In this document: positions 34,514 to 46,933 of the stretch, piece by piece
How the letters are laid out: each line of letters begins with the position of its first letter
Numbering within the stretch: the stretch's first letter is position 1
Assembly: GCA_038087875.1 (NCBI GenBank)
Contig: CM075978.1
Location: forward strand, 94,488,001 to 94,552,000
Reading direction: 5' to 3'
Source of the DNA: Malacoraja senta
Lineage: Eukaryota
DNA: 64,000 nucleotides
Notes under the pieces: generated by a model
The model's database searches: none
What the model saw: only the letters and a program-made list of their open reading frames with translations
Told to the model about the DNA's origin: nothing
Translations under genes and position numbers: made by a program

Positions 34514-34777
34514 GTTTGCACATTCTCATTGTGACTGTGTGGGTTTTCTCCAAGTGCTCTGGCTTCCTCCCACATCCTAAAGATGTGCAGCTTTATAGGA
34601 TAACTGGCCTCAGTAAAATGCCCCAAGTGTGTAGGGAGTGGCGAAATGTGGGATGCGAAAGTTGGATAACATAGAACTAGTGTGAACGGGTGATCGATGA
34701 TGGGTGATGAATGATCGAGCATGGACTCGGTGGGCCGAAGGGCCTGTTCCGTGCTGTATCTCTAAACTAAACTAAAC
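34514..34777 (+). mobile_element. V-SINE, 5'-truncated
   Basis: V-domain and tail present. Confidence 0.8.
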
Positions 34778-34855
34778 CAATTTTGACGAACTGCTGGAAG
34801 TTCCCCATAACAAACAGGACAATATTTATCCCAAAATCAAGCAGTTGATTGCCAA

Positions 34856-35366
34856 TGGTTGCACGGTGCCCCAGCGGTAGAATTTCTGCCTTTCAGTGCT
34901 AGAGACCCGGGTTCGATCGTGACTATGAGTGCTGCCTGTACGGGTTTTAATGTTCTCCCTATGATCATGTGGGTTATCTTATTTTATGGATTGTATAGGA
35001 TAGGCAGAAATAAGCTTTGTGGCTTCAGCCTATTCCTTTTTCGGTCATTGATTATGTGAACGTTGTGTGAAATGGATACAGTGTTGGCTCATATTCACAC
35101 AGATTGTAAAGTTTTGTTCTTTTTAATGTATGACCGAAATAAACTATTCATTCATTCATTCATTCATTCATGTGGGTTTTCTCCGGGTTCTCCGGTTTCC
35201 TTCCACACTCCAAAGACGAACAGGTTTGTAGGTTAATTGACTTCAATAACAATTGCAAAATTGTCTCCAATATCTAGGATAACGTTAGTGTGCGGGGTGA
35301 TTGCTGGTTGGTGCGGACTTGGTGGGCCAAAGGGCCTGTTTCTGTGCTGTATCTCTAAAATCTAAA
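34856..35366 (+). mobile_element. V-SINE interrupted by an L2/Crack-type 3' end (34976-35170)
   Basis: TSD TGTGGGTT; insert has a GGATAGGC..AATAAG..GCCTATTCC stem-loop and an (ATTC)n tail. Confidence 0.8.
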
Positions 35367-35638
35367 GGAAAGTTTGAAGTTATTAGAGTCATAGAGTCAT
35401 GGAGTGATACAGCATGGAAACTGACTCTTTGGCCAACTTGCCCACACCGGCCAACATGTCCCAGCTACACTATTTCCACCGACCCATATCCACTATTTTG
35501 GCCCATATCCTTCCAAACATGTCCTATCCAAGTCCTATAAAGTTATTAGTTCTTCGTATTGTTGTCATTTGTACACTCTTATTCTGTGGAAATGTCCTCC
35601 TTTGTATCTGGGCCTTCACTTGAAATGTGCTTTGTTGG

Positions 35639-35966
35639 TTTTAGTTTAGAAATACAGCCATACAGCGATACAGCGCGGAAGCAGGCCCTTCGGCCCACCG
35701 GGTCCGTGCCGACCAGCGATCCCCGCACATTAACACTATCGTACACCCACTGGGGACAATTTTCACATTTACCAAGCCAATTAACCGACATACCTGTACA
35801 TCTTTGGAATGTGGGAGGAAACCGAAGATCTCGGAGAAAACCCAAGCAGGTCACGGGGAGAACGTACAAACTCCGTACAGACAGCAACCATAATCGGGAT
35901 CGAACCCGGGTCTCCGGCGCTGCATTCGCTGTAAGGCAGCAACTCTACCGCTGCACCACCGTGACT
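35639..35966 (-). mobile_element. HE1-type V-SINE
   Basis: Full-length match. Confidence 0.9.
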
Positions 35967-36581
35967 TTGGGTCAATGTGGTTTTGGAAGGTTGTGAGGTT
36001 GTGAAAGATGCTGTACGAGACTTTTCCTAACGGCAGTTCCTATTACAGCGGCCAGTAATTGGATGGAGGATACTGGACGCTGCACATTCAAACCAAGAGG
36101 TCATAAAATGGCTGCTATTTCTGCGTTACGACCACATAATGTCACATGTGTCAGTGATAGAGGAAAGCTTTTCCTTCTGTGCTCTTCTAAAATAATATCA
36201 CCATAATTAGGTGAAACTTTGAAAGCTTCAAAGCCTGAAAAGATATAAAATTAAAATATGAGCGGCTAGATCACATCTGCACCAAATAAACAAATAGATT
36301 GGGAGCAGGTTATTGCCATAAACCTGTTGAGAGTTCCTGCTCTCATCCCTCAAAAGGAAAGCTGACTGCACATAATTGTTTATTAAAACTCCCAAAGGGG
36401 CCTTTTGGGGAGCTTTTATAATGGCAGTCTTCATGCCTAGCTGAGCCAAGACCCACCATGGGGGGTGATCAGTCGGGGACTGAGAAGAAGATGCAAGAAG
36501 ACTCATGCTCATTGCCTTCTTGAAGATGTACAACATCTACACTGATCCTTGCAAATCTCCAGCCCGTGACCATTCAACAAT

Positions 36582-36928
36582 TCATAAGAGCAGAATTAGG
36601 CCATTCGGCCCATCAAGTCTACTCCGCCATGCAATCATGGCTAATCTATCTCTCCCTCTCAACCCCATTCTACTGCCTTCTCCCCATAGCCCTTCCACCC
36701 GTACTAATCTAGAATCTATCTACCTCAGCCTTAAAAATATCCATTGACTTGGCCTCCACAGCCTTCTGTGGCAATGAATTCCACAGATTCACCACCGTCT
36801 GGCTAAATAAATTACTCATCATCTGCTTTCTAAAGGAACGTCCTTTTATTCTGAGGCTATGACCTCTAGTCCTAGACTCTCCCACGAGTGGAAACATCCT
36901 CTCCATATCCACTCTATCCAAGCCTATT
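36582..36928 (-). mobile_element. CR1/HER1 3' fragment
   Basis: DRVDMERMFPLVGESRTRGHSLRIKG...VVNLWNSLPQKAVEA. Confidence 0.9.
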
Positions 36929-37324
36929 CAAGGTGCTGAAGAAGCATTCAGGATGATATTGAGAGCCTGTGTCCTTCAATGAGGACCACATAGAAGCCCT
37001 GCATAAGCAGTGAGACGAGGGCACCATCTCACGAGTTGCCCACATTGCCTCCTCCATCACCCCAGAAGCCTCAGAACTAGAGTGGAAGCAAGGACATAGT
37101 TTTAAAGTGAAGGGGCAACGTTTACAGGATATGTGGTGGGTGCCTGGAACATGCACCCTGTGGTGGTGGTGGCAGCAGATACGATAGCGGTGTTAAAGAG
37201 GCTTTTAGTTTGGCACATAAATATGCAGGAAATGGAGGGACATGGATCATGTGCAAGCAAATGAGGCGATCTTGGCATTATGTTCAACACAGACTGTGGG
37301 TGGAAAGGTCTGTTCCTGTGCGGT

Positions 37325-37722
37325 ATTTTAGACTATAGACTGCAGAGACCTGTGGACTTCGGAAGCTGCAGTCTCCGGTAGCAAGCGGTCGTTTCGGAAC
37401 TCCAGGCCGCTGAGAGTGTTCTTCCGACGCCGGAGTTCCATCATTCCGGCGAGAGGGCCTTTGCAACATCAGGCCGCCATAGCGGCGACTGCGGAGGCCT
37501 CAAATAGGCCCCGACCACAGGTGAACGTGGAGGAAGAGGACTGAACTTTGCTGCCTTCCCTCACAGTGGGAAACGTTGATCCCGCTGTGGGGGGATGTTT
37601 TTATGTTTAATGTTAAATTCTATAATGTTGTGTTTATTTTATTGGTGTGCTGCAATGGCAACTCAAATTTTACTACACCAATTGGTGTATGTGACAATAA
37701 ATGTCCTTTGTCCTTTGTCCTT
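37325..37722 (+). mobile_element. hairpin SINE-like element
   Basis: GCCTTCCCTCACAGTGGG..CCCGCTGTGGGGGA stem; GTGACAATAAA plus (TGTCCTT)n tail. Confidence 0.6.
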
Positions 37723-38020
37723 TGAGATACAGTGTGGAAACAGGCCCTTCGGCCCAGTGAGTCTGCGCCAACCTTCGATCACCCCATACACTAGCACTAT
37801 CTAACACACTCTGGGCAATTTACAATTTACTTGAAGCTATTTAACCGACAATCCTGCACGTCTTTGGAGTGTGAGAGGAAACCGGAGCACCTGGAGAAAA
37901 CCCATGCGGTCACAGGAAGAACATACAAACTCCATATAGACAGCACCCGCAGTCAGGATCGAACCCGGTTCTCTGGAGCTCTATGGCAGCAACTCTACCG
38001 CTGCGCTACCGGGCCGCCCT
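37722..38020 (-). mobile_element. HE1-type V-SINE
   Basis: Tail, V-domain and head present. Confidence 0.85.
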
Positions 38021-38592
38021 GTTCTTCTCTATGCTCTATGTTCTAAATCATCAGATCTGATGGATTGCAGAAAAGGAATATCCTTCACTTAAATCTCTGT
38101 ACTGTACTTTCAATAGAGGTTGGCAGCCTTTATTTGATGAATAAACAGCATCATTGCTTTAATTGTGAATAATTTGTTCGTCGGATAAATTCTCCAATCT
38201 TAAGTAATACCCCCTCTCTTTCCCCAAACCCCCACTCCTACCCCATTGCACACACATTTCCATCATCATCACCCACCATCCTACTCCTCATAATTCTTTC
38301 CCATTCTCCATACACTCCTCTCCTATCCCCGAATCCCATATTTCCCCTTTATCCCCCACCTTTCCCCTCCTCCCTGCTGCCTTCCACCCTTATCCCTCCC
38401 TCCGGCTTTATATCTCACTCCAACCCTTATTTCCTTATCTGACACACACGCATTGTCTTATTTTCACCTCCAGCCATTGTCATTTATTCCACCCATCGAC
38501 CAGTCACTTCTCCTTCCCCCCTCATCTGTAACCACCTATCACTTGCCATGCTTTGCCCCACCCCCACTTCCCTTTTCCAGCTTTCTCCCTTA

Positions 38593-38923
38593 AAACCCTG
38601 TCCCACTGTACGATGTTCATTCCAAGAGCTCTCCCGAGTTTTAAAAAAATCAAACTCGTGGTAAGCACGGAGAATGAACGTAGCGGGTACGTCAGACCTC
38701 GGGGACGTCTCTTAGCGGCTCGTAACGCTAACGGCAGGTACTCGGGAAGACTCGCTAACGGCAGGTAAGCTCGGGAAGACTCGTGAAGATTTTTCAACAT
38801 GTTGAAAAATGTCCACGAGAGCCCCGAGTACCAACGAGTGGCCATTACCGTAAATCTCCGAGTTCGAATCAGGGCAAACTCAGGAGAGCTCTTGGAATGA
38901 ACTCGTACCGTGGGACAGGGCTA
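38593..38923. mobile_element. PIF/Harbinger MITE inside a Penelope pLTR (~38330-39062)
   Basis: CCCTGTCCCAC...GTGGGACAGGG TIRs of ~50 bp; TTA TSD. Confidence 0.85.
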
Positions 38924-39236
38924 TTACTCCATCAGTCTGAAGAAGGGTCCCAACCCAAAACGTCATCTGTCCATTACTTCCACAGATGCCGCCTGACCCA
39001 CTGAGTTCTTCCAACACTTTGATTTTTGCGCAAGATATCAGTGTCTGCAGTCTCTTGTGTTCTCATGTTACATTATTAACTGTTGATAAAACAATTTACT
39101 GACAATTCATGATTGAATAAAATCTGGTATTTTATTTAATGTTCACTTTACATAACAATCTTATAAAGTTGCTTCTGCACAGCAGTAAGACAAAAATAAG
39201 AACTGAAAATGGCAAGAACTGAAAATGGCAGAGCAA

Positions 39237-39566
39237 GTTTTAGTTTATAGAGTTCCGGAGACAGCATGGGAAACAGGTGCTTCGGCCCATCGAGTCCACA
39301 TCGAGTCACCTATTCACACTAGTTCTATGTTATTCAACTTCCTCATCCATTCCTTGTACCCGAGGGGCAATATTACAGAGGCTAATGAACTTACAAACCT
39401 GCACGTCCTTGATAGGTGGGAGGAAACCAGAGCACCTCGACGAAACCCACGCAGTCACAGGGAGAACGTGCAAACTCCACACAGACAGCACCCGAGGTCA
39501 GGATTGAACCCTGGTCTCTAGTGTTGTGAGGCAGCAGCTCTACCAGCTGCGCCTCTGTGCTGCCCC
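39237..39566 (-). mobile_element. V-SINE, older subfamily
   Basis: Head, V-domain and tail present. Confidence 0.85.
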
Positions 39567-40735
39567 ATCATTTTCTGGAATGATCAGAGGGATACAACAA
39601 CAGTGTATTTCTTTGATCGCTGGAAATGATTTTCCAAAAGTTTCGCATAATAAGGGAGTCGGTCCAGAATCTATGATTTAGTGGAATTGGATCAACCGCA
39701 AATATAAAAATCAGATAGCGTGGGAATGAAATGCAGATGCTGGTTCATACCGAAGATAGACACAAAGTGCTGGAGTAACTCAGCAAATCCGGCAGCATAT
39801 CTGGAGAAAAAGGATGCGTGACCTTTCGGGTCGGGACCCTTCTTCTGAATCAGATTAATCCAATGGGTCTGAATGTGTACTTGGAGAGGAAACTGCCGTT
39901 TTAATTTGCAGGCTCTAGATAAGACATTTTACAATGTATAAAATAAAAATGCTTTAAATTCCCCACAGATTAGGCAGCATCTGGGGAAAGAGAAACAGAG
40001 CAATTATATTGGTTCTATGTCTTTGCTAACATTCAGTGAGCAATAGATGCTAATGCTTTCCTCTTAATGATGTTAAACAAATCACTCGGAATATCTTCTG
40101 TCTGCAGAATCAGAGAATAAGACATTTTGAAACATAAAAAAACAATTAACTTTTCTTTTAATTTTAATTTTTTTTTTTACCATAAATAAAACTCCCTTAA
40201 AGAAGTTTAAAAGTAGTCAATATTTTTTTTAAAATCAAGATTAATTAACATTTACGAAAGATAGACACAAAATGCTGGAGTAACTCAGCGGGACAGGCAG
40301 AATCTCTGAAGAGAGAAGGAATGGGTGATGTTTCGGGTCGAGCCTTCTTCATACCATTTGGCATTTACCAAAGTTCTTCACAACCATTGAAATCTGTAGT
40401 ACGGCAGTCTCAACACCTGGTCTGACGGCAAGCTGCAGGTGTAACTCGACACAGGATGTTCATGCAGGTTCCTCACAGCAAGTGGTGGGAATTGCCACAA
40501 CAAGAGGCTCCAGGCAAACGCAAGCATCCAAGCCCTCTGAATGAGCAGACCTCCCAACCTCTGGACCGTCGTGGAGACACAGGTGTCCAGACACAGACGT
40601 CTTTCGTTGGTGCATGGGGAGACGTTAACATTTTTCCTTCGAGATCCCAGTCATTGCTTCAAATGAAACTGCAGATGCTGGAAATCTAAAATTAAAAAAA
40701 CAGAAAAATGCTGGGAATATTCAGCAAGTCAGCAA

Positions 40736-41031
40736 GGAGGCGCAGCGGTAGAGTTGCTAACTTCCAGCTCCAGAGACCCGGGTTCGATCCTGACCTCAGG
40801 TGCTTGGCTGTACGGGGTTTGTACATTCACCCCGTGACCTGCGGGGTTTTCCCCGGGTGCTCCGGTTTCCTCTCACACTCCAAAGACGTACAGGTTGGTA
40901 GGTCGATTGTAAATTGTCCCTAGTGTGTGCAGGATAGCGTTAATGTGCGGGGATCGCCGGTCGATTCGGACACGGTGGGCGGAAGGGCCTGTGTCCGCGC
41001 TGCATCCCTAATCTAAACTAAACTAAACTAA
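40736..41031 (+). mobile_element. HE1-type V-SINE inside a Penelope fragment
   Basis: GGCGCAGCGG, GGTTCGATCC, (CTAAA)n tail. Confidence 0.9.
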
Positions 41032-42564
41032 AGGTCAGGCAGCATCTGCGAGAAGTGAAACAGAGTTAACATTTCGGGTGGAAGCCCCTTTCCAAAGCTT
41101 GTTAAGCTGCAGGAAGGCTAGGGTAGGGGGGATGTCTGAGTGGGTAAAATTGTATCATAGAGTGAAAAACACTTGTTTTTAGCCACGAAGCATGATTCTT
41201 GAACTGTGAAAACCACCACTCTGATCACGGATGGTCGCTACCAAGTGAACTGTACAGTTCCTTGCCTTAGGTGTTAACAAGGTTGAGGACAACACTCCGC
41301 ACCACTGAGGAACTGCAGCCAGCACATCTGTGGTAACCCTGCACGCCCACCCGCAGGGGTCTTGATCGAATGCTGCTTACCATTTACATTGTTCTATGTA
41401 CCTTTTCATATCTCTCGGTTCCCTCTCCCTTGACTCTCGGTCTGAAGAAGGGTCTCGACCCTAAACGTCACCTACCCCTTTTCTCCAGAGATGCTGCCTG
41501 ACCCGCTGAGTTACTCCGGCTTTTTGTGTCGATCTTTGGTGTAAACCAGCTGTTCCTTCCTATACGTTTTTCTTTGCTCTGGTTGGCGTTACCGCGCCAA
41601 CCCAGTGGTGGGTTCTCGACCAGCTTATTTAGCCAATGTAGCCGTCTCACCACTTACATGATACGACGAGACATTTCCTGCATCGAGGTGCCACGGCTCG
41701 CTGCGTGCTAAAACCCTATCGCAGCTACGTGTGGCCTACCGCCTAAACTGCAGTCACCCCCTTTAGTCTGTGTTTCCACTCTTCAACCGATCCGATTCAT
41801 TCACTGACCAAAAACCTTGTTTACAACCTGTCCCTATGCTTGATTAGTAATGGTGTCAGAGGTTATGGGGAGAAGGCAGGAGCTTGGAGTTGAGAGGGAA
41901 AGATAGATCAGCCATGATTGAATGGTGGAGTAGACTTGATGGGCCGAATAGCTAATTCTGCTCCTAGAACATTATGAGGTTATGAACATGCTCAACCTGG
42001 TTTTATCTCATCAGAGATAGCCCCCCTCCTCACCCCCACACTTCCTGCAGCTTAATGAGTTAGTTTTCATTTATTTTCCAATTCAACAAAGTGTCTTCAA
42101 CCTGAAATACTGACTTGATTCTTCTTCCCATCATTGTAAATAATGGGTTTTAAATTACAAACACGATTTCATATCTCATACAAAGCGATCTTTTTTTTTA
42201 AATGATAAATTGGGCACAATTAACACAGATGGTTAAGGATATCCGTGGAGGCAAAAATACATGGTTTAAAAAAAAAAATTATACCAGGGTACATCAAAAT
42301 TCTACAACTGTTATTGCATTGAGAATAAGAAAAACCTAGCATTGATTATTACCAAAGAGACATATCCTTAGTCAAATAATATTCTAAATGTTATTATCAT
42401 AGCCATACACAAGAAAATGGGCCCTTCAGCCCAACTCTTGCATGTCGACCAAGATGTCTACCAGAGAAGTCCCATTTGCCTGGGTTTGCCCCACATCCCT
42501 CTCCACCTTTCCTATCCACATACCCGTCTAAATGTCTCTTAAACCATATAATTGTACCCACCTC

Positions 42565-43077
42565 TAGACTTTAATTTAGACTTATAAATATGGTATGCAA
42601 GCAGTCCCTTCGGCCGACCAGCGATCGTTCCTATACACTAGCACTATCCTACATACTAGGGGCAATTTTACCAAACACAATTAACCTACAAACATGTACA
42701 GTATGTCTTTGGTAGACAAAAATGCTGGAGAATCTCAGCGGGTGAGGCAGCATTTATGGACCGAAGGAAATAGGCAAAGTTTTGGGTCGAAACCCTTCTT
42801 CAGACCCGAAACGTTGCCTATTCCCTTCGCTCCATAGATGCTGCCTCACCCGCAGAGTTTCTCCAGCATTTTTGTCTACCTTCAATTTTCCAGCATCTGC
42901 AGTTCCTTCTTAAACATACAGTATGTCTTTGGAGTGTGGGAGGAAACCGGGACACCCAGAGAAAACCCACGCGGTCACAGGGAGAAGGTGTGAACACTCC
43001 GTACAGACAGCACCCATCGTCAAGATCGAACCCGGTTCTCTTCCACTGTCAGGCAGCAACTCTACTGCCGCACCATG
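42565..43077 (-). mobile_element. HE1-type V-SINE interrupted by a Penelope palindromic insertion (42713-42916)
   Basis: 16-bp TSD TACAGTATGTCTTTGG flanks the insert. Confidence 0.85.
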
Positions 43078-43419
43078 TTCCAACTTCTGTTCCTTTACTT
43101 ATGAACAAACATAAAGGATCTCAAAATAGTGGTTAATAGATTTATCCTTCATTGATGAAATGACAGAGGTTAGCGAAAAATGTTTGAAGAAACCATGCAC
43201 GTGCAAAATTGTTTGATTTGTACCTTTGAACACCATAGGACCTCATTTTCCTGACTGTGTAAAAAACATAGCCTAGAATTAGACCCAGATGTATCTGTTT
43301 CATCTATGCAAATAACAGATACAAGCCATTTTGCATTTGATTTAAAAACAGTAGCAACTGTTACCTGTTGAAATCCCACCCAGTGGAAAATTTGACTGAA
43401 TACTTTGGGGTTGACCTTA

Positions 43420-43735
43420 GCATAGAAACATAGAAACATAGAAAATAGTTGCAGGAATAGGACATTTGGCCCTTCGAGCTAGCACCGCCGTTCAATATGA
43501 TCATGGCTGATTATCCTAAATCAGTACCCCGTTCCTGCTTGCTCCCCATATCCCTTGATTCCGTCAGCCCTAAGAGCAATATCTAACTCTCTCTTGAATA
43601 CATCCAGTGAATTGGACTCCATTGCCTTCTGTGGCAGAGAATTCCACAGATTCTCAACTTTCTGGGTGAAAACCTTTTTCCTCGTACTTAAACTGTGACC
43701 CCTGGGTCTGGACTCCCCCAACATCGGGAACATTT
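43420..43735 (-). mobile_element. CR1 3' fragment
   Basis: MFPMLGESRPRGHSL...LWNSLPQKA; (CTATGTTT)n tail. Confidence 0.85.
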
Positions 43736-44029
43736 TTACTGCGTTTTCCTGAACATTTGTGGTATTTTCTGGGCTTCATTCATGCATCGTTATTGTTATC
43801 ATAAACTTCCTCAACTTTTATCAAGTTATGAGAACATTAATATGTAAGCCGCAACCTTTGCTTACAACCCCTGTAGACTGAAAAGCACAACAGTCAACCA
43901 GACCACAAGGAGACATGAATTAATGGGTTCCATCTAGGATTTTGATGTGTTCCGTCTGTGCTTCCAGAGTTTTGCCTGCTTCTCCCAGCATTGCTTTGTC
44001 TCCTAACGCATATTGCAGTCTTTCAACAT

Positions 44030-44297
44030 TTAGACTTTAGACATACAGCGCAGAAACAGGCCCTTCAGCCCATCGAGTCCGTGCCGACCAGCGGAACTAT
44101 CCAACACACGAGGGATAATTTACAATTTTACTGAAGCCAATTAGCCTACAAACCTGTACATCTTTGGAGTGTGGGAGGAAACCAGATGACCCGGAGAAAA
44201 CTGTACAGACAGTACACAAAGTCAAGACCAAACCTGGGTCTCCATCACTGTAAGGCAGCGATTCCTAAGGCAGCGATTCTACCACTGTGCTGCCCCT
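44030..44297 (-). mobile_element. HE1-type V-SINE with internal deletion
   Basis: Tail and head present. Confidence 0.8.
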
Positions 44298-44640
44298 AAA
44301 GCTAGAATATCTCCTTCAATTGTTGACCCACTGAGACATGGGATCCTATAAGAGGATACCAACCAATCGTGCAAGAGGTCATAGTCACAGTCATACAGCG
44401 TGGAAACAGGCCCTTCGGCCCTACTTTCCCACACTGGCCAACATGTCCCATCTGCACTAGTCCCATATGCCTGTATTTGGCCCATATACCTCTAAACGTG
44501 TCCTATCCATGTACATGTCTAAATGTGTTTTTAAACATTGCAATAGCAGAGTCATAGAGTCATATAGGCCCTTGATCAACTTGTCCATGGTATGGTGTTG
44601 TTTATTGTTATTGTCATGTGTACTGAGATGTAGTGAAATA

Positions 44641-44742
44641 TAGTTCAGTCTGAAGAAGAGTCTCGACCCGAAACGTTACCCATTCCTTCTCTCCAGAGAT
44701 GCTGCCTGTCCCGCTGACATACTCCAGCATCTTGTGTCTACC
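44641..44742 (+). mobile_element. Penelope mini-insertion
   Basis: CTGAAGAAGAGTCTCGACCCGAAACGTT...TGTGTCTACC; TSD TAGTGAAATA. Confidence 0.8.
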
Positions 44743-45317
44743 TAGTGAAATAAATTGTTTGCTTGATTCCAGGCAAATCATTCAACACGCTGTGTAATAA
44801 TGACCAATACCAATCTATGCTAGTCCCATTACCTGCATTTGACCCATATACCACAAAGCCTTTCCTACCCATGTCCCTGTCCAAATATTCCTTATATCTC
44901 CAAACTCTGAAGTCCAACCTCTAAACACTCACCCCAGTTTTTACCACTGACTTACAAAGGAGGGCAAACGGATATCTCATCCCCTTTGATGTCTTGTTTT
45001 CACGCCTTACACTTCCTTATCTCTGTGTCTCCCTCTCCCCTGACTCTCAGTCTGAAGAAGCGTCTCGACCCGAAACGTCCCCCATTCCTTCTATCCAGGG
45101 ATGCTGCCTGTTCTGCTGAATTACTCCAGCATTTTGTGTTTATCTTCAATGTAAACCAGCATCTGCAGTTGCTACCGACACAAGCTTCAAATTAACCTAC
45201 TGACCCGCACAACATTGAGATATTGGAAGAGATTGCAGCACCCAGGGGGAAACCCGTCTCCACCCGGAAAGTCACCTGTTCCTTTTCTCCAGAGTTGCTG
45301 TCTGACCAGTTGAGTTA

Positions 45318-45819
45318 AGGGCCTGTCCCACGAGCATGCGACTGCATGCGGCAAGCGCGACCTAACCGGAAGCGGGGGCCACGTGGAGGTCGCGCGGAGG
45401 TCGAGTGATCCCCATACAGGGCCGGTCCCACCAGCATGCAACTGCATGCGGCGAGCGCGACCAAACCGGAAGCGGGGGCCGCGCGGAGGTCAAGTGATTG
45501 ACTTGAAGTTCGAGTGAAGTCCGCGGGAAGTTCGTTCATGGCGTACGGCGTCAAGGCGCTGCGTCCGGCGTCGAGACGCTGCGTACGGCGTCGAGACGCT
45601 GCGCACACCCGTCGAGGCGGTGCGTACGGCGTCGAGGCGACTGCGGGCCGGCAGGCCGTTGCCACGCGGGATTTTTGAACAGTGTCAGTGTCAGTGTCCG
45701 CACAACTCCATACGGCTCCGGCGATCGAAGTGGGACCGGCCCCGCGAGGCTGTACGGCTCAAGCGACCGCGTTAGGTCGCACTTGCCGCATGCAGTCGCT
45801 TGCTCGTGGGACAGGCCCT
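45318..45819. mobile_element. PIF/Harbinger MITE inside a Penelope fragment
   Basis: 49-bp TIRs (2 mismatches) AGGGCCTGTCCCAC...; TTA TSD splits the host GAGTTA|CTCCAGC; left end duplicated internally at ~45418. Confidence 0.9.
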
Positions 45820-46315
45820 TTACTCCAGCTTTTTGTGTCTATCTTTGGTTTAAAGCAGCATCTGTGGTTCCTTCATACGCACCAGATTACTATTGTTGTG
45901 AAGCAGCAGCTCTGCCAACTACAACTCTGAATGAGGACACTCTGGCGGGAGCAGAGGGAAATGTACCCACACTCAGAGAAGACATGAGCTCCAGCTAGTC
46001 CAGAGTTTTAATTCCCTCATATGCAACCCTTTGTACCACCAAATAGTGGCTGCCATGGAAGGAATTCTTTAAGGCTGTGATCAACTGCCCACGAGTTAGT
46101 GGGCGAGTAGTTCTTTATCTTTCTTCAAGTCAGAGGATTGTGGAGTCTTAGTCGTTGAGTTCATTTCTAAATATTGACAGTATTGGGGGCCTTTGGGTTA
46201 GTGCAGGGAAAAGGTCCTGAGTCAAAATATTAGAAACAAAGAACTGCAGTTGCTGGTTAATGCACAAAAGGACACAAAGTGCTGGAGTAACTCAGCAGGT
46301 CCGGCAGCACGTTGC

Positions 46316-46668
46316 CATAGAGTTATGGAGTGATACAGTGTGGAAACAGGCCCTTCAGCCCAACTTGCCCATGCAAGCAAACATGTACCAGCTACACTAG
46401 TCCCACCTGCCTGCGTTTGGACCATATCCCTCCAAACCTGTCCTATCTGTGTACCTGTCTAACTGTGGGGTAGTCCCTGCCTCAACTACCTCCTCTGGCA
46501 GATCGTTCCATACACCCACCATCCTTTGTGTGAAAGAATTACCCCTTAGATTCCTATTAAATCTTTTCCCCTTCACCTTAAACTATATCCCCCGGTTCTC
46601 AATTCACCTACACTGGGCAAGACATTCTGTGCATCTACCCGATCTATTCCTCTCATAATCTTGTACAT
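46316..46668 (-). mobile_element. CR1/HER1 3' fragment inside a Penelope palindrome
   Basis: Same subfamily as 8708-9030. Confidence 0.75.
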
Positions 46669-46933
46669 CTCTGGAGAACATGGATAGGTGATGTTTCAGA
46701 ATGATACACTTCTTCAGTCTAAAGAAGGGTCTCGACCTGAAACGTCACCTATCCATGTTCTCCAGAGATGCTGCCTGACCTGCTGAGTTACTCCAGCGCT
46801 TTGTGTTATTTTGAGGCAAAATATTGACTGGTTCAGCGTAACCAGGCGAACATCCTTCACTTGTCGCAGTTTCCTGTGGAGTCGTGGAGTCATAAACCAC
46901 AGAAACAAGACCTTCAGCTCACCGTTCCATGTT

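Noticed and set aside
35559-35996. Recurrent short ORFs such as KQALRPT.. and TGRTYKLRTDS
   Set aside because: Antisense or sense translations of HE1 SINEs
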